Part shown: positions 1 to 9,474 of the stretch, in pieces
Layout of the letters: each line of letters starts with the position of its first letter
Position numbering within the stretch: position 1 is the stretch's first letter
Origin: a virus
Reading direction: 5' to 3' (one strand)
DNA length: 34,004 nt
IMG/VR virus record: IMGVR_UViG_3300017724_000029
Program-made: the position numbers and the translations under genes
The notes under the pieces: model-generated
What the model was told of the DNA's origin: nothing
What the model saw: only the letters and a program-made list of their open reading frames with translations
Database searches by the model: none

Positions 1-122
1 GCTCAAGTGTTGCAATAGTCCATGTAGTCATTAGTTAGTCTCCAATTGTGCAACTCTGGCACGTAGTGATTGAATTTCTTTTACAAGCATAGGTACTAGC
101 TTTGAGTAGTCTACGCCCATCA
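1..122. repeat. Terminal direct repeat, copy A (identical to 33883..34004)
   Basis: I compared the two ends base by base. All 122 nt (gctcaagtgttgcaatagtccatg...gtctacgcccatca) match. The repeat contains the tail-fibre stop codon (31..33) and the start of the 105-aa gene (ATG at 29..31). Confidence 0.97.
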
Positions 123-3100
123 TTTCTTCTTCGGTTGCGCCTTCAGACACAGCCTCTGGTGCAACGCTCTGTAGCTCCTGAGCAACCATGCCGTACTTCT
201 GGTGTGAACCGTCAACCTTCCAGTCAAACGAACGTACTTGGATAGCGTCAATGTCGTCAGAAGCAGAAGGTGCGTCTACGATGTTTTCTTTAAGGCGTTG
301 GTCTGAAGAGGTGTTGTAGGCTGTTGCAGAGCCGTCTGTAGATATAGAGCCAACTTCACCGTTACCGTTAAAAAATAATTTGTGTTTTCTACCTGAGGTA
401 GATGTTGCACTAGAATATGTCTGATAATCAGATATGCCAGTGCCTTGAACCGATGCACTTGGCAATTCAGTACAGCTAACCAGCAAGTTGCCAGAGGCAT
501 CTATGCGTGCGGCTTCGGCAGAAACATTGCCTTCAGGATAAAACGCAATGAAGTTAGAACTAGCGGCTATAGTAGGGTTGCCGCCACCATAAGTACCTCC
601 CCAACTTATATTGCCTCCATCACCTAACTCAACACTGCCTGACAGGTAAAGGTCTTTAAAGCCATTGTTTGAATTACCTAAAGAAACTTTACCGTTAACT
701 TCGGTGCCAGACTCATTAGTTGGAGTTATGTGACGTAATGTATCTCCACCTGCTCCAGCTCCTGTTAAGCCTGCGCCTTGTCCAGAACGAGGGTCTAAAA
801 TTATGGTAGAAACAACGCCAGCACGAGATTGAATACTACCGACTTGGGTAGTGGCACCTTTCCTAAATATTAAGATGTCGCCATCAGAGTCTCTTCGGTC
901 AAAAATGCCAGACATTTGGTGAGAAGAAACTGCGTGGACATAACCTCCATTATGTAATGCAACTGATGTTGCGTCTCCTGATGAAGTGCCTGAGACGATT
1001 AAGTTGCCAGAAGTATCGATGCGCATGGCTTCTGACCAGCTGATAGCCGTTCCTGCCGTGCCTGATGCGGCTTGTTGGAATATCATCTCGTTAGCGTCAA
1101 AGAATAAACGAGACGTTCCAGCGGTGTATTTGTAGACTTCGCTGTTGTCTGTTTTAAACACGTAGTTTGTGCCAACCATTCCGTCAACACCACCAGCCGA
1201 ACGACCAACAAGGTTCATACCGCCTTGCTCTAAGTTTCTCCATGCACCTGAAGAATTTTGAGGCGTGACACCAATTCCAACATTCCCTGATGAGTCGATG
1301 CGCATGCGTTCTGTGTTGCCAATAAAATGACCAAACGAATTGTCTGAATGGTCAAACTTGATATAGCCTGCGTAGGAACCTCCTCCACTTGTTGCGTCAG
1401 CGAAGTTTAAGCCTCCATAATTAGAAGATCCTGTGTATATTGTGATGCCTTCATTGCCACTACCAGAGCCTACAACCAAATTACCAAGACCGCTGGATGA
1501 GTTTATTGTTGACGCAACGGTGTTGTTAATACCCACACTTCCGCTAGAATCGAGGCGCATGCGTTCTGTAACATCAGTACCGTTAGACGCACTAGTACCA
1601 AAGGTTAACGGCATACCATAAGAGCTAATCTGTGTGTTAGAAGTGCTATTAACAAGAAAATCAAGGCCGTTATACGGCCCGCTTCCTGTTGCAGAATTGT
1701 ATAGCTTTACAATATTTACAGCATTGTCTGAACCAATTAACGCAGGTCTTGAGGTTCCTACAACATGCAGTTTCTGTGCTGGGCTAGTGCCAATTCCAAC
1801 ATTCCCGTTTAAATCCAAAGTGAATTGAGGATTTGTTCTTGCGTTTATTCCGTTTGTTGCAATGTTAAGATTGCCTGTTGAAGAGCGATAGTCAAAAGTT
1901 GCTCCTCTTGCATCTCCTTCAGAAAGTGTAAGCTGTTCTTGTGAGCTTTTTACGGCTAATTTAACTACAGGCGAGCTAGTAGCAATACCAACATTACCAG
2001 AGCTGGCAAAAGTTACTTTAGGCGTAGTGTTAGCATTAACATAAAAGTTCAAATTGGGACTTGCGCCATTATTTGCACCTATATCCCAATAACTAGATGC
2101 CCCAGTGTTTTCGATAATTCTTAATGCTGAAGGTAAATTTGCAGATACAGTTCTTGAGTAGGCTGAGATTGTTGCTGTAGAGCTTGCCCCTGCGCCTATA
2201 GCGATAGTTTCATTAGAACTAGACCAACTGAACTTCGGAGTTGTCCCCGTATCTTCGTAGAAGCTGATGTCGTTGTTTGCTTCTATAACAGCGGCTTTAT
2301 TGTTTCCAGTATAAAACTCAATTTTTCCTGAACTTCCAGTGCCGCTATATGACTTAAGCCACATATTAGACGAATTGCCTACGCCTATAGTTCCTTCGTA
2401 TGAAGATCCATCATCGTAAAGTTTTAGTTTGTCGCCATTAGATGCAGTTGAAAACGCCCCTGGTTGTCCGTATGAGCCTGAGCCAGTTGCAGAAAAAAAC
2501 AACTCTCCGCTTGCACCATCAACAGTAAGCCCGTCCATCGTGGCTGTGCCACTAACGTCGATGCCTGTGGCGGTTGTGGCTAGTTTATTATTGCCTAAAT
2601 GTGAAAGTGTCACGCCGCCATCAGTAAGAATCTTGATGGCTTCATAATCACTATGTTCTGATTGGTCTACTGAATAAAAAGTAGCAATACCGTCAGCACC
2701 TGAATCACGTCCAGCCTCAATACGTAAACCACGGCCAGTAGTGTCGTAAGGAGTTGAGCCGAAGTATACATCTACTTGAGAATTGTTAGCATTTCCGGTG
2801 TTGTAAACGGTTAGCCCTTCCGCCGTAGCACCTGCGCTAGTAACTCGAACCGTCGTTACGCCATCAGAAACTATGCCGTCGCTGACCACTGTGCCAGTTA
2901 CGTCGATGCCTGTGGAGGTTGTGGCTAGTTTTTCAGAACCATCGTAGTAAAGCTTAAGCGCACCGTCAGTAGTAGCTAACAGTTTGTTTTCACTAAACGC
3001 CGCATTCATCAAAGCAATGTTGTTGGATGCCCCAATATATAAATCGCCAGTGCCTGCGTCAGTTATAAAGCTGTGGCTGCCTGAGTGGTATATTTGTAAG

Positions 3101-3345
3101 TCGCTACCCGCACCGAAAATAGCCTTGGAGTTATCAGGTAGTGTTAAGTTGCCGCTGGCCAAGCTAAGGGAAGTTAAGCCATCGACCGTACCTGAATTAA
3201 TATCAATGCCTGTGACTGCTGTAGTGCCGTCTAGCAGGTTGTCGATACTATCTAGGTTGGTGTTGAGTTTAGTTCCCCAAGTGTCTTCTGAGGCCCCTAC
3301 TTCTGGCTTAACCAGGCTGTACGTAGTCGTTGTAGTGTCAGCCAT
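31..3345 (-). CDS. Tail fibre protein with a C-terminal peptidase S74 intramolecular chaperone domain
   Basis: 1104-aa ORF. The N-terminus [30 protein letters not shown] is typical of phage fibre anchors. Six (M)R(I/L)D(S/T)SGN(V/L)GIG-like motifs are present. The last 92 aa ([10 protein letters not shown]...[16 protein letters not shown]...[20 protein letters not shown]) match the S74 auto-cleaving chaperone pattern. A GGGAGG Shine-Dalgarno lies 8 nt upstream of the ATG. Confidence 0.9.
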   Translation of the reverse strand: MADTTTTTYSLVKPEVGASEDTWGTKLNTNLDSIDNLLDGTTAVTGIDINSGTVDGLTSLSLASGNLTLPDNSKAIFGAGSDLQIYHSGSHSFITDAGTGDLYIGASNNIALMNAAFSENKLLATTDGALKLYYDGSEKLATTSTGIDVTGTVVSDGIVSDGVTTVRVTSAGATAEGLTVYNTGNANNSQVDVYFGSTPYDTTGRGLRIEAGRDSGADGIATFYSVDQSEHSDYEAIKILTDGGVTLSHLGNNKLATTATGIDVSGTATMDGLTVDGASGELFFSATGSGSYGQPGAFSTASNGDKLKLYDDGSSYEGTIGVGNSSNMWLKSYSGTGSSGKIEFYTGNNKAAVIEANNDISFYEDTGTTPKFSWSSSNETIAIGAGASSTATISAYSRTVSANLPSALRIIENTGASSYWDIGANNGASPNLNFYVNANTTPKVTFASSGNVGIATSSPVVKLAVKSSQEQLTLSEGDARGATFDYRSSTGNLNIATNGINARTNPQFTLDLNGNVGIGTSPAQKLHVVGTSRPALIGSDNAVNIVKLYNSATGSGPYNGLDFLVNSTSNTQISSYGMPLTFGTSASNGTDVTERMRLDSSGSVGINNTVASTINSSSGLGNLVVGSGSGNEGITIYTGSSNYGGLNFADATSGGGSYAGYIKFDHSDNSFGHFIGNTERMRIDSSGNVGIGVTPQNSSGAWRNLEQGGMNLVGRSAGGVDGMVGTNYVFKTDNSEVYKYTAGTSRLFFDANEMIFQQAASGTAGTAISWSEAMRIDTSGNLIVSGTSSGDATSVALHNGGYVHAVSSHQMSGIFDRRDSDGDILIFRKGATTQVGSIQSRAGVVSTIILDPRSGQGAGLTGAGAGGDTLRHITPTNESGTEVNGKVSLGNSNNGFKDLYLSGSVELGDGGNISWGGTYGGGNPTIAASSNFIAFYPEGNVSAEAARIDASGNLLVSCTELPSASVQGTGISDYQTYSSATSTSGRKHKLFFNGNGEVGSISTDGSATAYNTSSDQRLKENIVDAPSASDDIDAIQVRSFDWKVDGSHQKYGMVAQELQSVAPEAVSEGATEEEMMGVDYSKLVPMLVKEIQSLRARVAQLETN

Positions 3346-4284
3346 TTAAGCGGCCTCCCATGTCTCGTCGGTGATGGTTTGATCAGTCCAATTTGCGTCA
3401 CTAGCCGTTTTATCGGTCCATGTCGCGCCTATTAATGTTACGTCAGACCAGTTTGAGTCATTTCCTGCCTGGTCAGTCCAAGTCTCCGAATCGATAGGTT
3501 GATCAACCCAGAGTATTATCGCTGCGCCTGATATAGCCGAGCCGCTTGTTACTACACTGCTGCCCGCTACAGTAACTGCGCCTGCCGGTGATACTGTCGC
3601 CACCCCAGTGATTGACAGAGAGCCGCGCACGACGTTTACACCATTAGCGCTGATTATACCACTTGCAGCGATTGCAGACGCAGAATTCCTTGTCCTTGCG
3701 CCGGATACTGCCGTTGTGGCCAATCCGTTTATTGCAGATGCACCATTTAAGACGCGCGCCCCTGACGCTACAGTAGACGCAGAAGCCCCTACAGCGCTTG
3801 ATGCCTGACGTATAACGCCAGCACTACTAGACGTCGCAGAAGACGCTGAAATGGCTGTATCGCCTTCTCTAACCCTTTGAGCGGCTGGTGTGACCGTAGC
3901 AGAGGAAGATACCGCAGATGCGCCTAGCTTTATCTTCTGACCAGCAGATACCGTGCTAGATGATGCAGAAATATCAGACGATGACTCACGTACCCGTGTT
4001 GCAACGGGTGCCGTGGTAGCTGAAGCTGCAATGGTTGACCCAGTTGTACGTACGCGTGTCGCTACTGGGGTTATCGTGGCTGTGCCGGCAATGGTCGAAC
4101 CACTGGTACGAACACGTAAGCCTGCTGGAGAGGTCGCAGACGTCGCTGTGACGGTTAGATCGCCAAACCTAACGCGAACACAGCTAACGGCCACTGAGGA
4201 TGTTGCTGGACCTAAACTAGCGCCTTCCTCAAGGTCAGCCGTGGAATACGCGGCATAGCCGTATCTCCACTGACCGTAGTTCAT
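3346..4284 (-). CDS. Fibre-associated repeat protein (Ser/Ala/Thr-rich 20-aa repeats plus a Trp decapeptide ladder)
   Basis: 312-aa ORF coupled to both neighbours (TAATG upstream, TAA-ATG downstream). Eleven tandem 20-residue units are followed by six W-x9 units. It sits directly upstream of the tail fibre. Confidence 0.6.
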   Translation of the reverse strand: MNYGQWRYGYAAYSTADLEEGASLGPATSSVAVSCVRVRFGDLTVTATSATSPAGLRVRTSGSTIAGTATITPVATRVRTTGSTIAASATTAPVATRVRESSSDISASSSTVSAGQKIKLGASAVSSSATVTPAAQRVREGDTAISASSATSSSAGVIRQASSAVGASASTVASGARVLNGASAINGLATTAVSGARTRNSASAIAASGIISANGVNVVRGSLSITGVATVSPAGAVTVAGSSVVTSGSAISGAAIILWVDQPIDSETWTDQAGNDSNWSDVTLIGATWTDKTASDANWTDQTITDETWEAA

Positions 4285-4664
4285 TAGTCTAGCGTGATGT
4301 CTAAGTCACCAGCAGGAACGCGGAACACGTCGCCAGTCTCTACAGCCTTAGATGCTGAAAGCGTTCCATAGGCCATAAGGTTGCCGCTTGAAGCCGCATC
4401 AAAAACACCTACGTGAGTAATCGTACCCCAGTTGCTGCCTGCTGTCGGATACTCTACTGCCGCGCTATTAGTGGCTTCGTTTCCTGACACAGTAAATGCG
4501 ACAGACTGACGCGCATAGCTAGTGCCAGAACACTCTGTGCCGCCGCCGGTTTCGCCCGGTGCCGCTGTATACAACGCAAGATAGTGAGTGCCTGGAGCGC
4601 TGTAAGCATTGCCGCCAAAGACGTGGTCAAGGATTTCTGTTTCTAGGAAATTAGTAAAGCTCAT
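4284..4664 (-). CDS. Conserved tail-fibre-adjacent virion protein, function unknown
   Basis: 126-aa ORF with ATGA and TAATG coupling. The motifs FTNFLETEILDHVFGG...YARQSVAF...WGTITHVGVFDA...GDVFRVPAGDLDITLD resemble a widespread phage family seen beside fibre genes. This is recognition from memory only. Confidence 0.55.
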   Translation of the reverse strand: MSFTNFLETEILDHVFGGNAYSAPGTHYLALYTAAPGETGGGTECSGTSYARQSVAFTVSGNEATNSAAVEYPTAGSNWGTITHVGVFDAASSGNLMAYGTLSASKAVETGDVFRVPAGDLDITLD

Positions 4665-5284
4665 GCAAGCCCCCTGTTACGCATAACAAGGCCGCTACCT
4701 GAATGTGTTGCCTCGTCCGATGATTGATTAAGACGCTGTAATGATGCGCCGAAGAGTTGTGCCCATACAGCCGTTCGTTGGTCTTCCGATAGGTAAGGCG
4801 CGGAGTGAACTAACGAACCGTATAAGTAAGCATCTGGTGCCTCAGTCAGCAACCAGTTGGTTGTGGCAGAGTCAGATAACGCAGGTACACGCTGATAATA
4901 CAAAAGCTCAACGCCATAGCTCCCGTCAGGGCTAGGGAAGAACTCAAACTGATTCTCGGAGTGTCTGTAATATCGAGGGATGCCAGTGATATCCAAGTGA
5001 TTAGCGCGCTTGTCTACCATAGCCTGCGCACTAAGAAGATCGAGGGGACGTGTATTCGAGGTTGTAATATTGATACGAATAGTTTCCAGCCAGTCACCAG
5101 GCTTAGTCATAAACTGACTATCGATAGTTCCTGTGGCACGGTTCTCCATCTTATAGTGACGTAGATCGCGCGCAAACTGAGCCTCCGCTAAGGAGATAAA
5201 CGTCGGTATAACAGACGTCAGATCATCCCGGTTGAGGAAATCAGCAATAGAGCTTTTCAGCTCCGCATAGTTAGTCAGTGCCAT
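4661..5284 (-). CDS. Putative head-tail adaptor protein
   Basis: 207-aa ORF. The N-terminus MALTNYAELKSSIADFLNRDDL..IPTFISLAEAQFARDLR resembles proteins annotated as phage adaptors. It sits at the head of the tail gene run. Confidence 0.5.
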   Translation of the reverse strand: MALTNYAELKSSIADFLNRDDLTSVIPTFISLAEAQFARDLRHYKMENRATGTIDSQFMTKPGDWLETIRINITTSNTRPLDLLSAQAMVDKRANHLDITGIPRYYRHSENQFEFFPSPDGSYGVELLYYQRVPALSDSATTNWLLTEAPDAYLYGSLVHSAPYLSEDQRTAVWAQLFGASLQRLNQSSDEATHSGSGLVMRNRGLA

Positions 5285-5451
5285 TACTTACGCTTCCTGC
5301 CAGGCTTCTTGGCTGTCTTAGCGGCTTTCTTAAAGTCCTTTGCACTAGGCGCACCTTTCTCTCCAGCCTTGCGCATAGTCTCGCCGCTACCAGCTTTGAT
5401 GCGCTTACGCTTGGCTTGAATGTTGGCGTATAGTCCTCGTTTACTTGGCAT
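5284..5451 (-). CDS. 55-aa polybasic protein (absent from the ORF track)
   Basis: I translated this by hand: MPSKRGLYANIQAKRKRIKAGSGETMRKAGEKGAPSAKDFKKAAKTAKKPGRKRK. It has 20 K/R and 3 D/E. Its stop overlaps the adaptor start (TAATG), and its ATG lies 1 nt after the upstream TGA. It is a more plausible product than the out-of-frame 61-aa track ORF 5271..5456. Confidence 0.6.
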   Translation of the reverse strand: MPSKRGLYANIQAKRKRIKAGSGETMRKAGEKGAPSAKDFKKAAKTAKKPGRKRK

Positions 5452-5452
5452 A

Positions 5453-5503
5453 TCACTTCCCTCGCTTCTTACCTTTCTTTTTCTTGCCGTAACCGTAGGC
5501 CAT
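5453..5503 (-). CDS. Possible 16-aa polybasic micro-ORF (MAYGYGKKKKGKKRGK)
   Basis: Its ATG overlaps the stop of the 84-aa gene (TAATG), and its TGA lies 1 nt before the next ATG. It may be a coupling ORF only, and it is too short to be sure. Confidence 0.25.
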   Translation of the reverse strand: MAYGYGKKKKGKKRGK

Positions 5504-5757
5504 TACTTGCTCCTTGATTTAGTTCCAGAACACTTCCAGCGCTTACGAGATAAGCGTAAAGGTGAGTTAGGATTGGCAGCCGCTTTCGGGTGTTTCTTCA
5601 TCTGACCAGCGGATCGCGCACAATAGGCGTCTCCCTTGCTAGTTCCTGGCCGTACTCGCGACTTACCATCCTTGGCTTTACCGGCCTGCCCATACGATAC
5701 TTTCTTGCCGGAAGCCGTAACCTTTACCTTTGCCTTACCTTTACGTGGTGTCGCCAT
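5503..5757 (-). CDS. 84-aa polybasic protein
   Basis: The ORF has 25 K/R against 2 D/E. It contains the motif SKGDAYCARSAG...NSPLRLSRKRWKC. Confidence 0.65.
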   Translation of the reverse strand: MATPRKGKAKVKVTASGKKVSYGQAGKAKDGKSRVRPGTSKGDAYCARSAGQMKKHPKAAANPNSPLRLSRKRWKCSGTKSRSK

Positions 5758-5769
5758 ATTATACCTTGC

Positions 5770-7674
5770 TTATAGCAGGAACTCACTTGCAGCCGCTGGA
5801 TTGTAGATTCCACGCTTTGCTTGAGTGCTGAATTTTAACAATCCTTCAATCATATCCTCGACGACTCCGGTATATGCTGGGCTGTAACCACCTAACAGTC
5901 CTTCACGCGCTTCCGGGTCTTTTGACCGCTTGATTGGCAGTAAGTCGCTGTAGTTATACGCTTCACTATCTTTCTGTGGGAGCTGTGCAAGCAAGCCTTC
6001 TGCCTCTTGCCCTGCCGCTACGGCTGCCGCTGTAACCATTGGGTTGGCATTTACATTAACACCGCGAGCCTCTAGACCGCGAAGTATGTCTTCCGTAATG
6101 CGGCCTGTGTACGGCTTCATTGTAAGCGCGCGTATTTCTCGATCTGTAGGCCGTATGGGATCAACAACCGGTTTTTGTGCTTTCCCTAACAAAGCGTCCG
6201 GCACTAACTCAAAGATGCTAACTTCTTGATCTGTACGACCAAGCCCCTGACCCGGAACTCCGTAAGGATATGACGGGTGACCGCTTTTAGTAATTACGTC
6301 GGCGTCTTTGTAAATTTCGCCAATGTTTTGTATGCGTGCATCTAATGCATTTGCTTGACCGGGTTCAGTTACCGCAAGCCTTGCCTGACCAATGCTAAGA
6401 CCGCCTTTGTTGCGGAAGTTAACGTCGATCATGTTCATAAGCTCTTTACGTAGTGCGTCAGGTGCGTTCCTAAACGCTTCGACTGATCTCGGGTCGTCTA
6501 CCCCTTTCCAGCCTTTTATCTTTAAGCCGGAGTTTTTTCGTACCCCGTCTTTTACAGTGCCTTTACTAACGAATTCTGTAACTGCCTTATTAAGCTCTTT
6601 TTTCGTTTCTTTCGCCATGTTGGACGCGGCATAACTGAGCATTGTCTCGCCGGTCATTGTGGCAAAATCGCCGCCAGTAGGCGCCATGCGGAAAGGCATA
6701 TAAAGTGGGTTTTCTCCGGTTTCTCGAGCCGCCTTCATTATTTGCGTTACAACGCCAGGAGCTGACGCCCACGTCATACCTGGATTTTCAAACATAAATC
6801 CTTGACCGCCTTGCAAGTTGATAGGGCGATTTAAGGCTACGTCGTCAATGGCGCTAAGTATCCCGCCTGCCTGAGTACGGTCTGACATTGTGGTTACAAA
6901 AGGGCGTCCTTCAAGGTCAGATAGTGCGATTCTAGGAACGTCCTGAGTACCACGCTCTTCTATAGTAAATGTGGTATCTCGAAGTTTCTCTTGCTCTTTG
7001 GCCCGAGGATCAAATCTAGGGTCAAACTCACGACCGAACGTCTTTATGACGCCGGCCTCTGCCTCTTCTGGCGACATAGCCGCAGCAGCTAAAAGCCCAG
7101 CGCCGGCAACAGGTATAGCCCGGTCACCAAGTATATTAGACCCTTTGTACTCAGGGTCGAATGCGGCAAATAGTGAGCGGACATTACGAGGATCAAACGT
7201 GACCACTTCAGGCGCTAAAGAGCCTCGCTCCCCTGCTTTACTGCCTGCATACCCCATACCCTCAAGCGTTTCATTTAGGATGCGCTGGCCTTCTCTGCCG
7301 CTAATCTCAGGCCGCAAATCAAATGCGTCGGCACGCTTAATATAATCTCCACGCAACAATAAAGGCATGACATTGCCGCCTTCGGCGTAGGGGCTTGGAT
7401 ATCCTGCAAATACAGACGCCTTTGATGGGCTAGGCGTAGTGTAAACGCCCGGCCCCATCTTTCCTTTTGCGCTGGGTCTGAACTGCGTAATGTCTGCTTC
7501 TGTTCCGTGATATTGCACGTCACTAGGGTCGAAGCCCATAGCCTCAGCACGCTGCATGCGAGAGGCTGAATCCATAGGAAGTTGACCGGCAACAATGCGT
7601 TCAGCAGTTTCTTCTGGAAATCCAGCAGTGATTAATTCATCAAGAATGCCGCGTAAGCGAGAGCCGATTGCCAT
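5770..7674 (-). CDS. Large protein with N-terminal ADP-ribosyltransferase-like (H-Y-E type) motifs, possibly a packaged polyvalent-type effector
   Basis: 634-aa ORF with a GGAGG Shine-Dalgarno. It carries YHGT (aa 55-58), GPGVYTT (aa 74-80) and APEVVTFDPRNVRS (aa 154-167) in the order and spacing expected for an ART core. I do not recognise the remaining roughly 450 aa. Confidence 0.45.
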   Translation of the reverse strand: MAIGSRLRGILDELITAGFPEETAERIVAGQLPMDSASRMQRAEAMGFDPSDVQYHGTEADITQFRPSAKGKMGPGVYTTPSPSKASVFAGYPSPYAEGGNVMPLLLRGDYIKRADAFDLRPEISGREGQRILNETLEGMGYAGSKAGERGSLAPEVVTFDPRNVRSLFAAFDPEYKGSNILGDRAIPVAGAGLLAAAAMSPEEAEAGVIKTFGREFDPRFDPRAKEQEKLRDTTFTIEERGTQDVPRIALSDLEGRPFVTTMSDRTQAGGILSAIDDVALNRPINLQGGQGFMFENPGMTWASAPGVVTQIMKAARETGENPLYMPFRMAPTGGDFATMTGETMLSYAASNMAKETKKELNKAVTEFVSKGTVKDGVRKNSGLKIKGWKGVDDPRSVEAFRNAPDALRKELMNMIDVNFRNKGGLSIGQARLAVTEPGQANALDARIQNIGEIYKDADVITKSGHPSYPYGVPGQGLGRTDQEVSIFELVPDALLGKAQKPVVDPIRPTDREIRALTMKPYTGRITEDILRGLEARGVNVNANPMVTAAAVAAGQEAEGLLAQLPQKDSEAYNYSDLLPIKRSKDPEAREGLLGGYSPAYTGVVEDMIEGLLKFSTQAKRGIYNPAAASEFLL

Positions 7675-7703
7675 AAAGCCTCCAGTATGGAAAGCCGATT
7701 ATA

Positions 7704-8990
7704 TCAGACAATACCCTGTAAGTTCCTGCGTATCGGATCGCCCCAGTCTGAGGTCTTACGGTAGCCCACGGCTAAGTATCGGAAGGCATCCGCACAGTGT
7801 GATGTCCAGTCGTGCAATGGCCGCTCGTTCCAGACCATCATCGACTCGTTGTATTGACGCCTGTACTGCCTAAGACAATCGATACCCTTCTCGCATTTGT
7901 CCTTATCGAAGTAGCATAGATCAAGCATCGATCTGGCCGCTTGAATGCCATCATCTACGTTGAGCTGCGGAGCAATCTGAACCGGGCGCACACCTAAGTT
8001 ATCCAGCACTTCTAATCGAGACCGGCCACTTCCTAGCTCTCTGACCCTCACATCGTGAGGCAGAACGTGCTGGTCATACACATAGCCCTTTTCTTGCAGT
8101 ATGCGTGCGTAATGATCTAGTCCGACGCCAGCGTTCTCATAGTAGTCAATAAGGCGAACCTCCGGCCCTACAAACTGAGCAAACCATATAGCAGTGCTAT
8201 CGCCTACCCCTAAGTCCCAAGCTGTCACAACGCCTACAGAGCGCTCATACGGCACCCGGTCGATACGGTTCTCATGTAAGGCATTCGCCATCTCTTGAGT
8301 GTAGTAAGCGCCCTCAGAGAAGATCCTGAAGTCGCCTTCCCAGATGTGGTCGTACACATCAGGACGTTTCTTAAGGTCATCCTGGCGCTCAGACTCTAAG
8401 ACGGATGGGAACCAAGGATTGTCACGCCAATTCATCTCGACGATCTTGCACTCATCGGGAGTATTCACCCTGAATCGCTTGTGAGCTGCGGAGTGTTTGT
8501 TCTCAGGGTTCCAAGTTACCCATATCTCAGACTCATCTTCTCGCACAGTCGGTATGAGCTTTTGCCATGCGGTCTCAGTAACAGTCTCTGCCTCGTCTAC
8601 CCAGCACAATAGAATGCGAGCCTTAGACTTGATGCTATCCAGGTTCCTACGCAGGCCGGCAAAGACGTAAGTGATGCGCCCATCCTTGCTGCGGATATAC
8701 CTTTCGCCGATCTCATAGTAGTCAGTAAGACACTTTACGGATCGTATCGCTGACTTAACCTCTTCCATCGAAGATTCATCGAGAGAGTTAAGATGTTCAC
8801 GAGCGCAGAGTATTTGCCCTTGCTTGCCAGCTACTCCCCAACGCATTCCCCATACAGCGGTCATCAATGCGAATGAGCGAGTCTTGGCAGAGCCACGTCC
8901 ACCATAAGAGCACCTGTACCTAGCTTCGCCGGTGAATAGATCGGCTAGCTTAGGCGGTAGTTCAATCGAGACCTTTTGCGACAAGTTCAA
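7704..8990 (-). CDS. terL: Terminase large subunit
   Basis: 428 aa. It has a Walker A motif (YGGRGSAKT), a Walker B motif (ILLCWVDEAE), a coupling motif (WNPEN) and nuclease motifs (WDLGVGDSTAIW and HDWTSHCADAFRY). Confidence 0.95.
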   Translation of the reverse strand: MNLSQKVSIELPPKLADLFTGEARYRCSYGGRGSAKTRSFALMTAVWGMRWGVAGKQGQILCAREHLNSLDESSMEEVKSAIRSVKCLTDYYEIGERYIRSKDGRITYVFAGLRRNLDSIKSKARILLCWVDEAETVTETAWQKLIPTVREDESEIWVTWNPENKHSAAHKRFRVNTPDECKIVEMNWRDNPWFPSVLESERQDDLKKRPDVYDHIWEGDFRIFSEGAYYTQEMANALHENRIDRVPYERSVGVVTAWDLGVGDSTAIWFAQFVGPEVRLIDYYENAGVGLDHYARILQEKGYVYDQHVLPHDVRVRELGSGRSRLEVLDNLGVRPVQIAPQLNVDDGIQAARSMLDLCYFDKDKCEKGIDCLRQYRRQYNESMMVWNERPLHDWTSHCADAFRYLAVGYRKTSDWGDPIRRNLQGIV

Positions 8991-9264
8991 TCACCATTGG
9001 TGGAGTCATGGAGCCATCGCTACTCGTTAGATCAGCGTCTATGGCCTTTAGATCAGGCAGTACCTTGTTAAACAGGCGGAAGTTATCGCGTTGCATCGCC
9101 TCATACTTCTTGAGCTGGTTGTGGAAGTTATCACTACCTACGTCTAGCTCGCCTATTTTGGTAATGTTATCAGTAATTTGTGCCAACAGACGTCCGGCTT
9201 CGATCTTGTCTCTTGTACCCTTCTTAACGTCTGCGGCAATTTTCTGTTGCCTGGTCTGTGCCAC
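8962..9264 (-). CDS. Putative terminase small subunit
   Basis: 100-aa helical ORF with a GTG start and a GAGGA Shine-Dalgarno. Its 3' end overlaps terL by 29 nt. The call rests on position and size only. Confidence 0.4.
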   Translation of the reverse strand: MAQTRQQKIAADVKKGTRDKIEAGRLLAQITDNITKIGELDVGSDNFHNQLKKYEAMQRDNFRLFNKVLPDLKAIDADLTSSDGSMTPPMVIELVAKGLD

Positions 9265-9267
9265 TTG

Positions 9268-9474
9268 TCATTCCTCGTCTGGGTGCGGTATTGAGTCGGC
9301 CCAGTACAGCCCCATGCTGCGTCCTGCCCGTATCTCCCCGTCCAAAATGTCCTCAACTGTTAGTGGCCATGATTCTACAGACATGTCGTCAAAAGCAACG
9401 AGAACAGTGCGCTCTTCACCCGGCATATTACCGACCTCGATTGCGTGCCACTTTATGTTCACCACTTGGAGCAT
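9268..9474 (-). CDS. Hypothetical protein
   Basis: 68-aa ORF with a GGGGG Shine-Dalgarno upstream. It packs tightly against the next gene. Confidence 0.55.
   Translation of the reverse strand: MLQVVNIKWHAIEVGNMPGEERTVLVAFDDMSVESWPLTVEDILDGEIRAGRSMGLYWADSIPHPDEE

Noticed and set aside
5271-5456. The 61-aa ORF listed in the track between the basic 84-aa gene and the adaptor gene.
   Set aside because: A different frame (5284..5451) gives a Lys/Arg-rich protein that matches the character of its neighbours. That frame is stop-start coupled at both ends, and the 61-aa frame has neither property.
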